Shown: positions 1 to 43,502 of the stretch, piece by piece
How positions within the stretch are numbered: the first letter of the stretch is position 1
How the letters are laid out: each line of letters opens with the position of its first letter
Origin: Chrysomallon squamiferum
Taxonomy: Eukaryota > Animalia > Mollusca
Direction of reading: 5' to 3'
Assembly: GCA_012295275.1 (NCBI GenBank)
Contig: CM022673.1
Coordinates: forward strand, 21,824,001 to 21,888,000
DNA: 64,000 bases
Notes under the pieces: generated by a model
What the model saw: only the letters and a program-made list of their open reading frames with translations
The model's database searches: none
What the model was told of the DNA's origin: nothing
Position numbers and translations under genes: made by a program

Positions 1-325
1 TGAATCTACACTGATATGAGACTATTACTGTGAAACTGAATCCATCTTGAAATCGGACTATTACCGTGAAAACAGAATCTACATTGAAGCCTGGCTGTTA
101 CCGTGAAAAAAGAATCTACATTGAAATCAGACTATTACTCACAAAACTGAATCTACATTGAAGTCTATTATTACCGTGAAAACAGAATCTACATTGAAAT
201 CAGACTATTACTCACAAAACTGAATCTACATTGAAATCTACTATTACCGTGAAAACAGAATCTACATTGAAATCAGACTATTACTTACAAAACTGATTTT
301 ACACTAATGTCAGATTATGAATGTG
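1..325. repeat. ~39-40 bp minisatellite (consensus ~GAATCTACATTGAAATCAGACTATTACCGTGAAAACA), about 8 degenerate copies, may continue off the window start
   Basis: GAATCTACA...CTATTAC recurs about every 39-40 nt from base 1 to ~325. Confidence 0.85.
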
Positions 326-1200
326 AACGTGCACAGACTGTAATAACATCTGTTACTTTCCCATATTTTGTTTCAAACGGTCTTTATCAAACATGCATGT
401 TTCTGTTTTGTATTAGATTTCTTTTTAAATTTTAGATTCATAGATAGATAGACACACAGACAGACAGACAAATAGATGAACATAAAATAACAGTAGTGGT
501 GGAGGCAATCGGATTGAAAAAAAAAAAGAAACAAGAAAAAAGAAAAACTGAAAAATATGTCAAATTATCTTTTCACAGTTTTCTAAAATGAGCGAATTAT
601 GAGTCGATGGTAAAGGAACAGAGTTATCAGTTAATGATAAAGAAAACTCTTTAAGGGTCAAAGATAGAAGGAACACATTTTGGGTCAGTCATAAAAAAAC
701 ACATTATGGATCAATGAATATACACAGTCAGTGATAAAATTAACCCATCATCGGTCTGTTAAAAACCCCCATCACATTATGGATCAGAAAAAATGCTTAA
801 AATGCTCGTTATCATGTCTAGCGAACTATGACAAGGATAAGTACGTTTTAAACTGTGACAGTAAAACATATGTATCTCCACTAGATAAATAACACCATCA
901 ACAAGCGTGCAGTTTCAGTATTTACACATAGAACACATTTTTTAATAATATAAAATAAAATAAAAGCAAGCAAATTTTGTACGGTTTGGTGGAAATTTGA
1001 ATTAAGACAATTAAAGACTGAATCAGTCACTGGAGAAGCAAGTAATTACGTTAATATAAACTTAAGTTGTATATATATATTCCATAATAAACAAATGATT
1101 CATGGAGGCAAGTCTAGTTTGGCTGTATGGTTCTCTCTGTTTCTTTCCATATTATATAGATAGGTAGCTAGATAAACAGACAGACAGCTAGATAACAGGT

Positions 1201-1250
<50 letters not shown>

Positions 1251-1744
1251 AGGGAGGGAGGGAGGGAGAAAGAGAGAGAGATTTAATACATTTCTCGCTA
1301 AATGCAGTTGATAAACAATTTTATTAGAAAACTATATACACTGTTTTATCAAAACAGCAAAATTAGGAGTAGCATTTTATTATAATATCCGCCTCTAAAT
1401 AAATTGTATTATGATAACAATTAACACCATAGCAAGGGATATTAAATTACATCCGCCTTTGGAGTGCTTTTGTAATAAAAACAGTTAACAAAAACACTTT
1501 CAGGTAATAAACATAAAAACAAAATATTGTGAAAGTTGTACATGCATAAATAACATCACTTCACTTTATTACATTTTATGACACAGTTAAAGCAATTTAT
1601 TTCCGAACTTTCTTTTTGGATGTAGATTTGATGAAGATATGCAGTTCTGTTTGTTTTATCAAATATTTGAATAAAGACAAGGAAGATGCGAATAATATTT
1701 TTTTGCTTCTAATAGTATTTACAAAGGTTATTGTAGATATTAAT

Positions 1745-1827
<83 letters not shown>

Positions 1828-1869
1828 TTATATATCTGTCATGTTATTAAATATTCAACTATTCACTAT

Positions 1870-1991
1870 TATTTGTTACAGGTGTGGTATTTGCGTAGAT
1901 GTTTTTTTCAAGCGAAAACTCGACTTATTATAAATATCAGCAGAGAATAAAGGTTTTCGCGTCTTTAATTTTGTTACAGATCACACAGAAG
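1870..1991 (+). promoter_or_regulatory. Putative core promoter and short non-coding first exon of gene A
   Basis: TATTTGT (1870-1876), CAGGTG (1879-1884), TATAAATA (1929-1936), donor AAG|GTATGC at 1991/1992. The next exon has an acceptor TTTTCAG just before the ATG at 3162. Gene B shows the same arrangement. Confidence 0.55.
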
Positions 1992-3161
1992 GTATGCTTT
2001 TTTTTATTATTTAGCTTCCACTTAGAAATAGTTTACATAGCCACACTTTTTTTCTAAGTTACACGTACTCAAATGTTTTGTTAATTTGACTGTAATACTG
2101 ATTGAATCTTTATTAAAAGTTTAAGACCTAAGTGAATTGACAGGTTTGATGTGTCATTAGAGTTAGGAAAATAAAAAAACAAAAAATAATAGCATCATCA
2201 AGTAATTAGAAAGTTTTATTATTTTTTAAGGGCCGATCACAGGTTCTTGTTTATTCTTAAACAAATTTAAAAGATTCAGTCCTCGGCTGATTGATTTGTT
2301 GTGATAGTACGTCTTACTCTATTCACTCAACAGTCTAAATTATGATTAATATATTACGTCTTTAGACAGAAAGTCAAATATTTAAATAGACAGGTAGATA
2401 CAGACATATATTTAGTTAGACAGAGACAGACGGACTGATAGATACATACCGTAAAATAATACAGAAAAAAATATATTTAAATTTACATTTGCTTGTATAT
2501 AATTATGAAATAAACTTGTAATGATGTTACTGTATTTGTAAGAGATAACTAGCAAATCGTGATATTTTCTTAGATAAGAAAATACGGACGTCACTATGAT
2601 AGTAGAACAGATAAGCTGATTTAAGTCTTTAGTTATACATATACACTACATAAAAATAAGTTTCTTGAAGTTACAGCTATTATCAGGTAAAATACATATT
2701 GCTTATTTTGGCAAAATAATGCAAGATTCTCCACGAAAAAAACATTGTATATATTTTATATATTTTGTATGTATACGTTTGTTCTAGTATTATTGTTCTA
2801 GTTGCTGTAATCGTAATCGTTATTGTGTAATTAAAATAATAATAATAAATACAATAATATAACTTCTACTATTGCAACTACCTGTTACGACAGAGATACA
2901 ATAACAGCAAAAACAACAACAACTCAAAAAAAAAAACTGCAGAATACTGCTGGTACTACTACTACTCTTATTAGAACTGCTACTGATACTACGATAATTA
3001 CTACTCTGCTACTACAACTACTACTACGACTATTATTATTATTACTGGTAATGGTGATATAAATTTAAAGATTATTATATTGCTAATTTTAATATTTCAT
3101 CTGGGAATGCGAAATAACTTATTATTATGTTGGTTTGTGTCTGTATTTTTATTTTCAGAAA

Positions 3162-16420
<13,259 letters not shown>

Positions 16421-16597
16421 GGTAAAATATGCAGTATATTATCGTGAAGCGATCATAAATTTGTAATATCCACCCGCAAGAATATAATATTATTGTGATA
16501 TAGTAATTTATAAATAATGTTAATTGAATAATATACTTTTGTAAATGACCATTATTAAATGGTTTTAAAAATATGTATTTATTTATTTGTCTTTCAG

Positions 16598-16670
16598 ACC
16601 CAACCTGAAGCCAGCTTTGTACAATCTGTGTACTTAATATTTACTGTCATAAATAAAAATATACATGTAA
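16598..16670 (+). terminator. Putative terminal 3'-UTR exon and polyA signal of gene A
   Basis: Donor TAA G|GTAAAA at 16421/16422; acceptor TTGTCTTTCAG| at 16597; AATAAA at 16652-16657. Confidence 0.55.
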
Positions 16671-17626
16671 TAAGTTTTCTTCTTTTTATTTTTGGAGTTG
16701 GAACGTAATATAAATAAATAAATAAATAAATAAAATAAAATAATAAATACAAGAACAAGCAATTAACAACGAAGTATATGAGTTAAGTAAACACTGGTTT
16801 AAGCCAGTCAAATGCTGAGGTTACACATGCCTGGCCACTGTCTCACTACCAGGTGCACGCTTTCCAGGAAGCACTCGAGCGCATTCTCGCCTGTAGATTT
16901 CTCTCAAAGTGCATCAGACTGAAATTAGATACGTATATTGTCTTAAATACTGTTTTATAAAACAATTCAAAAATTAATTCGGTTTTCATTTTGCAATACA
17001 AATCCTGTAGTGGATCATCTTTGTTAATGCTATGTTATTATTGACGAGTTCACGAAACTTACATTCTCTACCAGTTCGGTTCAATTAGAACTGTTTTCTC
17101 TAGCTTACTATTGTGACGTCACACAGTAATGCGACTTCGGGATAACGCAGATGTAACCAATCTACCGATTTATTTCATGCTAAACGATATAAGTAAGTAT
17201 TTTATATCTAGTTGTTAATTTTTAATTTGTGTAATTGTTTCTTCTTAAAATGTTGCTAATAAGTGTTACGATACTTGTATACACTGTCAAACAAACCAAC
17301 GACATTATTAATGATGATGACTATGATAATAACATATATTTATTACTCGTACCATTAAAATATCAACACTGATCATAACTTGTTAATAATTTTGTAATAG
17401 TTTTCGCTGTAGTAAATTGATACATAATTAATGTGTTTATTTAGTTATTTGCCTATATATTTCTGTGATTTTTTATTTTACTTTTTTTTTTCTTATGTTC
17501 TTCTTTTAAGATTTTATTTCTGTAGATCAGACCAGATTTCAGTACATTTACTAAAAGTTTTTATTATACAATGAGAGAGTTGCTCCAAATTACTCTCATT
17601 TATTCTGCATGGAAAGAGAGAGAGAG

Positions 17627-17707
<81 letters not shown>

Positions 17708-18651
17708 GATGAAAATATTTAAAATATTATTGACTGATTAATGGTAGTAACAGTAAATCTGCTGTAATACATTTGGAAGTCATGACAACTCAGTACTGAG
17801 ATTATTAAAAAAATAGAAGTTAATTTATATTAATGTCCACTTTTGACAGATGGATGTAATAACGTTCACAATAACTGGCTGTAGTTATTATAATAATAGT
17901 AATAAAGATAAAAATAAAGAGAAAAGAATTGTATACAATGTTTATTCCATTTACATAAATGCGGTCGACATATGTATCATTTTATGTCCTAGCAAAAACT
18001 CCGAACTAAAAGAAACGATATATAAGAGTGTGTCTGTGTGTATGTGTGCGTATGTGAGTAAATTTGTGTGCATATGCGTTTGCTTATGCATGAGTGAGTA
18101 ACTGTGTTACAATTGTAACAAATCAGTAGCCTTCATGATTAAATAATAACACAATTTAATTTTATCTGAAGTAAATTATAAAAATGTTTATTCAGATACA
18201 TAAATGTATTCACTAAAGAATATATTAAAACTGTTTTATAATTTTTATTAAAAACGAAACACAAAGATGACAAGTTGTATTTCTTCCCGATTCAGCTGAG
18301 GTTTCACTCTATGTTACGAGCTTTCTGTGAGAAGGTACATTATAAACTAACTCTGACTGCTAATAGAAAACTGAGTAGTATGCTTAGTGGTAACTGATGT
18401 ATCTGTTACAGGGAGCTGGATTAACGGGCACATATTTCTGATTGGTAGAATACTAAATCATTATCTTTTTTCTTTCTTTTTTTCTTAACTTTCTCCTGAA
18501 CCTAAAACAAAACAAAACATAACAGAAAGACTTGTCATCTTATGAAAAGTGCTAAGCAACGATCACATTAAACACAGAGTTAATTTAGATTAAATATGTG
18601 TTTGTATTTCACTTTTTCTTTCTTTCTTTCTTTCTTTCTTTATTTATTGCT

Positions 18652-18698
<47 letters not shown>

Positions 18699-18809
18699 TT
18701 CGTTAGTTGTTAATTTGTTGTCGTTTTTTTGTTGGTATTTTGTTTGTTTAATGGGGTCCTTCAATATCTTTTTCTTCAGTCAGTTATTCAAACGAAAACA
18801 AAACAGAAA

Positions 18810-18936
18810 CAGTGTGCAATTTATGTTTTATTACAGAAGAGATATTACAAACATAATACGAGCTTTGCTCAAGTATAACCGTTTGTAAATACAGCTGTTA
18901 TAATTACTTCATTCCTCTCTTCATTCCAGGTGCAAG
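18810..18936 (-). terminator. Putative terminal 3'-UTR exon and polyA signal of gene B
   Basis: Donor TGA G|GTAGTT at 19348/19347; acceptor TTAATTTTCAG| before 18936; AATAAA on the minus strand at 18832-18827. Confidence 0.55.
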
Positions 18937-19140
18937 CTGAAAATTAAAAAAAATAATAATAATAAATAAAATAAAAATACAGTAAAAAATATTGTTATAA
19001 TTTGAAATACTTCAGATATAAATACAAACGCATTATTAAAAGAAAAATAATGTAAAAATAAATAATATGTTGGTTTCGATAAGAAATAAAAACGAATTCT
19101 TCAATAATAATAAGAAAAAAAAAAAAAAAAAAAAAAAAAA

Positions 19141-19173
<33 letters not shown>

Positions 19174-19348
19174 TAAAGAAGAAACCTTTAACTCTACCTA
19201 ATAACAGCGGCAACTATGAAAACCTGCTTAATGTGTACCAAGTGAAATGGGTAAAGAGGTAGAATCATATCTACATTTAATAAACGATTTTTAACTAAAT
19301 ATAATCTGTGTATTAATTAACGTTAAATAATGACAATCAAGAACTACC

Positions 19349-36101
<16,753 letters not shown>

Positions 36102-36589
36102 TGGCTGGATTAATACTTTTAGAAAAAAATTAAATAAATAAAGACAGAAAATTAAATTAAAATAAAACGTGTTTGGATTTCTAAAATATATTATAAACAA
36201 ATTAAAATAAAACAGTACTATCTGTCTATTATTTTCTCTTTCAATCTATCAATCCAATATTTTGTACACACATACACAGACATACATACACAAATACACA
36301 TCCACTGAATATAACATACGTGTGCGTGTATTGCATGTTTTTGAGTGTGTGTGTGTGTGTGTGCGTGTGTGTTTACACTACCGTTAGAAAAATACGAACA
36401 ATGGATGAATTTTACTGTTTTTGAATAGTAAGCTGTCAGAAAGAACTGATCGTACGAACAACTTCTGAATTCCGAAAAGATAAAAATTCAGATAAATTTA
36501 AATATGGAAAAAATACAAGCCAAAAAAAATTTAAAAATAAATTTAAAAAAACCCAAGTATAACCTAAGAAAGAATATACAAATACTTAC

Positions 36590-36688
36590 CACTCTTGTAA
36601 GGTTTCCTTTGAAATAAGTTCCACAAATCTTTAGCCAAAACCACATTTATATAAGAAATATTATTTCTGTTTGCACCTGAAGCAAATA
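36590..36688 (-). promoter_or_regulatory. Putative core promoter and short non-coding first exon of gene B
   Basis: Minus strand: TATTTGC (36688-36682), CAGGTG (36679-36674), TATATAAA (36653-36646), donor GTG|GTAAGT at 36590/36589. Confidence 0.55.
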
Positions 36689-39296
36689 AAATAAACATAC
36701 TTGTCTTTGTTACATTTCGATATTAATAAATAAACAAAGAACACAATTTTAGTAATCTGTTCCTCAGTTTGTTTTATTAGTAAATACCTCTAGTTTCATT
36801 GCTAAATTTCCTAATAGTATTAGTTTTTTGTTTCCCGTGCACTGAAAGTAACAAAACTAATCAGTGGTCACATTTGTTTATTACTCGCGATACCAAAGAA
36901 AAGCAGTTAAACTATTCAGTATTATTTGAATTCATAGGCATGACTTAGATCAAAGGGAAGTAATTTGGTTAATTTCAGTTATTAAAGATATTGCCCTGAG
37001 GAGAGATACAAACTTAATATCTGACACTTTAAATGAATTCAGTGTTTGTGAACTTTCTTTGTTTTATCAGCGGCAGCTGGTGACACAGTTATCTGTGACT
37101 GCCGTGTGCTCCTCAGTAACAGACAAACAACCGCAACAGACGTGGCCAGTCTGTACTGTTGAAATACTTAACATAAAATATAAAACAGCATAATATTTAA
37201 ATATATAAAAACAGACAGACAGATAGATACACATACAAAAACACACACTAAACACAGTCACAGACATATCATTTCGATATACCTATTCCAGGTATTAAAA
37301 GAAAAACCTCCAAACTAAGTACTCCAAAGGCTGATCAAAATAAAAATGAATTTATGTATGTATGATTGAATGAATGATATAAAACTGTTGAAGTCTCTTG
37401 ATCGTGGAAGATGTCACAAAGAAAATCGGTTGTGAAAAATGTAACTTACTAGTATTAAGACTTGAAACAGACTTGTTAAATTGCTGAACATCCATTTATT
37501 TGGGAACTTCGCTACTTTGACTGGTTACCCAAGCCTTGAACCCGCGGTCTCTCCCAGAGGACTGACTCCAAGTGTTATCTTGTTAATAGTGCAAAAGCAC
37601 AATCAAAAGGAAAACAATCGTATCACTACAATTGTATAAGCGCGAAGAAACTGAACCTAAAAATTTCAGTTCTGATTGAAATAGTCATGTTGCCAGTTAC
37701 AACAGTCGCTTTTTCTGTTTTTCTGATCAATATCTTCTGTATTCAAATAAGTGACTTTCCACATTTTATTTAAAACAATATGTAACTCAGTTCATTTTAA
37801 CTTCTATACTTGTAGCCCTAGCCGAAAGTGTCGTTTACTTGTCGTTACGATGTCGTTTGAAGTCTGTCGTAATAAAGATAATCATAATGTCGCTATTTTG
37901 TTTACTACCCACGAGATGTTCGTTTCGTGCAGCGCGTGCGTGTGCGTGTAATTTTGACCCCTAATGTTGAACATCAAATTGGTCAGATGTATGTGAATTC
38001 TGTTGATTACATTGTACTTTATTACAGAGAATTGTATTCATTAAGTACATCATTTATATGTTAAAACTTATAAGACAAATTTGAATAAACACGTTCTAAT
38101 TATTGGTATTATAACAGTGAAAACTTTGTATTCTCTGTTATTTGTTTTCAAATTTTGCTTTTGAGCTAATTCTGAGGACGGTAACATCGATGTTAGTCAG
38201 ACTTTTATTAAACTATTCTGTAATCGGTTACCTAACCGCCTATGTGAATATTTCTTTGTTATGTGTTTAATTCCTATTATTTCTTTGTGCTTTAATGGTT
38301 TATGAAGATTCTCTCATTTTTATTACATATATAATGGCTTATTCTGTTGGTAGATCGGAGTTTGAAGTCTTTTTCTGTTAACTGTAACATTTTAAACAGT
38401 GTTTATTTATCCATGTGTTGTTTAAAGTGTAATGAGTGTTTTATTCTGTTTATTGTTTATATTCAATTTTTCTCTATGACAGTTATAATATTAATAACAT
38501 TCTGATTACATTAACTCCCTCTACTTAAACCTAAAAAAGTGTTTCTGACATAGACAAAAGATAAACGTTCATGGTATTTACATGTATGCTGTGAAACACG
38601 AATATATAATATAATATAACAAAGTTAAGATTTATTAACTTTCATTACAGTAAAAATACTGTAATTTATATTATATCTAACTGTATTGTGCATATAAATA
38701 CATTTTATTTTCTATGATAACTGTTACTGTCATGCAGGGGTTAATTTGAAATCTTAGGATTTTCCTGCATAATGTCCATAAAATCAACGACTGCATAACA
38801 ATAACAGATTCGGAATCATAATATTATTCTGAACGAACAGCTACCGCTTGCAAAACTGTAAACTGTTTATATTGTGTCCGTAGAAAAATTTCAAACGTTT
38901 CAATGATAAATTCTTATAATAAAAGCAATCTATGCAAGTTAGAAAATGTCAGAGTTATATCACGAGAGAACTTTTTTTTTTTAAATTGTGTCTTTTTCAG
39001 CTGCATTTACTGATTTATAAATGACTATAATTAAGCATATGCCGAATTTTATATAGAACAACATAATCAAAACTAGCTAAATTTGGTTGAATGTTTTTTT
39101 GTTGTTGTTTTTTTCCTCCCATATCCATAATGGATCTGTTCATCTGTCTGGTAGCCTAATTTGTCTCATGGACGAAAAGTCTTTATACGTAACGACAGCT
39201 TCGGGAACATGGCCTCAGAGTTTAATCACTTCCTTGTAAAAGTAGAAAACTAAAGGGAAATAACTGATGGAACTTTGTTTATACCTGTAATTACTT

Positions 39297-39345
<49 letters not shown>

Positions 39346-39418
39346 TTTTATTTTATTTTATTTTATTTTGTTGTTGTTGTTGTTGTTGTTCTTGTTCTTC
39401 TTCTTCTTCTTCTTCTTC

Positions 39419-39468
<50 letters not shown>

Positions 39469-40327
39469 TCTTTTTTTTTTTTTTTTTTTTCTCTGTTTCT
39501 GTGTTAAGTAAATGAAATAATAATAATAATAAGTTTGAACAGCATTTCGAAAATACTGATCAAGTTTATTATTTTGGTAATCACTTTACTTACAACTGGG
39601 AACAGTATTAATTTCAATCGATGTTATTATCACTGGAGTAAAACATAAAATCACATCAACCGGTACGGCTGTTTTGTATTCCAGCGAGGTATAAATAAGT
39701 CTGTGGTGTTTCGGCTATGAGAAAAAGGAATTTTTGATTAAGTACTAATAATATTTTAGCCGATTTCGTTTTACAAACTATCAGACTACACCATGTCTGA
39801 AATTCACTGTTAAAATAAAATGCATTAATATAATCATTATATATCAGTTAGTTCACTGAAAAGAAATAACATAAACCACAATATTTTACACATTTCATTT
39901 CTTATTTTTGAGTTTAGTCTGAGTTTTGTGATTTTTTCTTGTCATTCTTCTTCTTTGTATTCTTTCATTTATTTTTCTTTCCTTATTGATTTACACACAC
40001 ACACACGCACACATACACACATGCACAAACATACATATACACATACATATGTTTGTATAAAAAATACTCGTTAATGAGTATTTCATTAAGTAATTTTTCT
40101 AGTAAATATGACACAATTACTTTGAAAACAAAGGCACCTTTATTAATATATCAAACACTAACAAATATTCGTATAAACAGGTTATCAAAATAAAAGCTTA
40201 ATAGTTTTGTTGTAGAACACGTTCATTTATAGCATCCTTTACTTTTCTATACTGTGTTCTTTGTGTGTAATATACTGTGTTATTTGTGTGTAATATACTG
40301 TGTTGTTTGAGTGTATAATCTGTGTTG

Positions 40328-42196
40328 TTATCTCTGCTCACTGTTCACTTCTGGAAATCCAAGAAAAACTCCGTGAGGTCTGAGCGTGTAAAAATAAAAC
40401 TCTAAACTTATTAAGTCATGAATTAATGCATAGTGGAATGAAACGGGATAAACACTCATCATTTCTAAACCCTGAAAATATACAAACAAATAAATTAGTA
40501 GCATATATAACAATCGAAATCACATATTCGTGTGTGTGTGTCTGTGCAAATGTACTGCCCATTCTGCTCTCTCTCTCTCTCTCTGCATGTATGTATGTAT
40601 GTATGTATGTATGTATATATTTATTCGTGTTTTGTATATATGTATGTGTGTCTGTGTGTATGTGTATGTATACTTAAATGCATTTTCTTGTGGTGTTTCT
40701 TTTTTTTAACTTACCGGTTTATAGGGATTAGCTAAATAGTATTTATACCAATCAAACTGTCGTCCGGCAATTTGATTGGGCGCAAGATCAAAATGAAAAC
40801 GAGACCGTCCATATTTATCTGTGCTGTTTCCGACCTTCACTTTCAGGGTTTGTAGACAGTATCCAAGAGCGATGTCCTCTGCCCCGTTGGCGTTGGTACA
40901 TGCCTGGGTGCGTCCCACATTGGTGCCAAACCGTCGTAGTGCCTCTTTGCTTAAAACGTAGCCAGCGCCGCCGCTGTTGTAGTGCCACGGAGACAAGTAA
41001 GGTTTGAAGTGTTCTCCAAACCAGACCGCTTTCCGTGTGTCTTTGTCACTGAGAAAATACTTCAAATTTTCCATTACAATGTATGTATCGTCATCGGCTT
41101 TTAAAAACCAGTCAGCATTGTCCACGTGGTGTTTGTATATGTATGTCAAAGCTGCAAATGTCTTTTTGGCCAGACGACGGCGACCATCTTTGACACCTAA
41201 GGCAATAACGGGGCTAGCTTCCTCTGTCGTGGAACCAAAGAAAAGAAGCTTGTCGCATCGTTTACCCCACGTGTTATTTACAGCGGTGACCTTGCTATCA
41301 AATGTTCCGTCCTTGACCAGAACCCAACACAGAACTCTAACTTGTGCAGTGATGATGTCGGCAATTGTTGTATCTTCTGACAAAAATAAAAACAGTTTTG
41401 CACGTACATAGCATGTAAACAATACCACTGCAACAAAAAAAAATATTCGTCATTTTCTTATTTCTACTATACAATTATTAGTACTGCTGCTACCATTACT
41501 ACTATACAAATACTACTTCGGGTCGACCATCACTCATCCGGCAAACATTTATCACTTTAGAAGCGGACATAGATGCAGTTTCTTGTGTATGTCAGCAGAA
41601 TCACCTGTAACTGTGACCTTTATGTTACCTTAAAACATCTCTTGATTTTCATTTAATTTTTCTTTTTCCTTTATTAGCCAACATGTACTGATTTACATGA
41701 TATTTTAAAGTGGCATGAAGTGGCTGTCTGTTGGGTGAAGTGCATTTTAACATAACAATCAGATATCCGACAAAATAACTTATCCGGCACCACCCTGCAG
41801 GTCCCATTGATCACTGATTAGTGAAGGCCAACTTGTACTACTACTACTACTACCGCTGCTACTGCTACTGCTATTACTACTACTACTGTTTATAATTTTA
41901 AAAACATGTTATTAGTAATAATAATAATAATAGAAGTAGTGGTAACAAAAAGACCAAAAGCAGCGACGACGACAGCATCAATAATGAATGAATGGTTTTC
42001 TAACTTACGCCTATTGATTAGCCTAACAGCTGTGAATCAATCCAAACATTTTGCTGTAACAAAAGTTTACATCGATACTGAAGCATGCAAATTCTATCAA
42101 ATACTTACTAAACTGTTTACTAATGTTTTACGTAATATGACAAATTAAATGTACTCTGTTTTTCTTTTCATTTTTTCTCTAATAACTGACAGAAAG

Positions 42197-42272
<76 letters not shown>

Positions 42273-42463
42273 TGCTTACCTTCGTAAGAAACTGCGTTTT
42301 TCTGAATTATTTTGTTTTTACTGTTTTCATTCAGATATTTCCACACACTCTGTGAATTGTTAGGCAGAAAAACAATGATGTATACTATCAATGTCAAGGA
42401 CGAACCAACAGTAAATCCGATGAGTACCTCCAGAACAGAAGTGAGCTTAACTGATACCGCCAT
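40328..42463 (-). CDS. C1GALT1: Glycoprotein-N-acetylgalactosamine 3-beta-galactosyltransferase 1-like (core 1 / T-synthase, GT31), 329 aa
   Basis: Exons 42463-42280 (type II TM anchor), 41376-40715, 40471-40328; total 990 nt. Motifs VRVLCWV, TWGKRCDKLLF, ADWFLKADDDTYIVMENL, SGGAGYVLSKEALRRF, EDIALGYCL, SFHY, LRPHG. Confidence 0.92.
41519..41835. mobile_element. Degenerate MITE-like element in the C1GALT1-like intron
   Basis: Imperfect terminal inverted repeats CGGGTCGACCATCACTCATC and CAAGTTGGCCTTCACTAATC (14/20), TA on the right; higher-GC island inserted in a (TAC)n tract. Confidence 0.45.
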
Positions 42464-43425
42464 ATTAATCTCAAACACGAACACGAACTTTCACGATATT
42501 ACCCGAAAACACCCGATACTAATAATAAGCTGCCAAGGCCGTGGAAAACACCGTCATATTTTCCGTCATAATATTTATTACGTTTCTCTTGTCATCCTGG
42601 TCATTACATGCTTTCTTTCGTTCTTTTGTTCTTTTTCTTTGTCATTTTCAAAGCAACTAAAAAGACAGGTACAATCTTGACTTTAACCTTTGAGATGAAG
42701 CTATAACTGAAACATACGAGCCAAGTAACAGATGTCGTCTGATCGAAACACATTTTGGTACAGAGCAAAAAAATCGAAATTCGTTTTGATATGTTAAATG
42801 ACGTTCGTAAACACCGTGTCATTTATTTAGTTCAAGCATGATTATAGATAGTCAACATTTCCATTTATAACAGTAATACTAGTACTGATAGTATATTATT
42901 GGTAGTAGTATCAGTACTAGTCGTAATAGAAATAGTAATAGTGGTAGGACTAATGGTAGAAGTAATAGCAATAAGATACTATTACTGCTGCCATTACTAT
43001 TACCACTACCATTACTGTTAGTACTAGTAGAGCTACTACCATAACAATAACTACTACTAGTAGTAGTAGTAGTAGTAATAATAATAATTATAAACCTTAA
43101 CTATATATTTTTTCCCATTAAATTATTTTATAATTTTCAGTATAATTTTTCTGAACTTAAAATGTTATATTTCGATTGTTATGGCATAATTTGCAGTTTA
43201 AATCGAAACTAATTTGTATTTGTACTTCCATTTGCTTCTTTATTTGTGATCAATACATTAATTTCCAAGCGCCATTATTATTTTAATGATACAGATTTAT
43301 CATAGATTAACTCAACAAAAACATGTTAAGGTGATATAGGTTAATACAAACAATATCAGTTTTCACGATGTAAACTAAACTTTGAAATTAAGTTAACTGC
43401 AATGTTTTCTGCTTACGTTAGTCCT

Positions 43426-43502
<77 letters not shown>

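Noticed and set aside
1616-1933. ORFs with poly-YI, poly-LS/ER, poly-L/I/N or VC runs here and throughout the window
   Set aside because: Translations of (AT)n, (AG)n, (AAT)n and (GT)n microsatellites.
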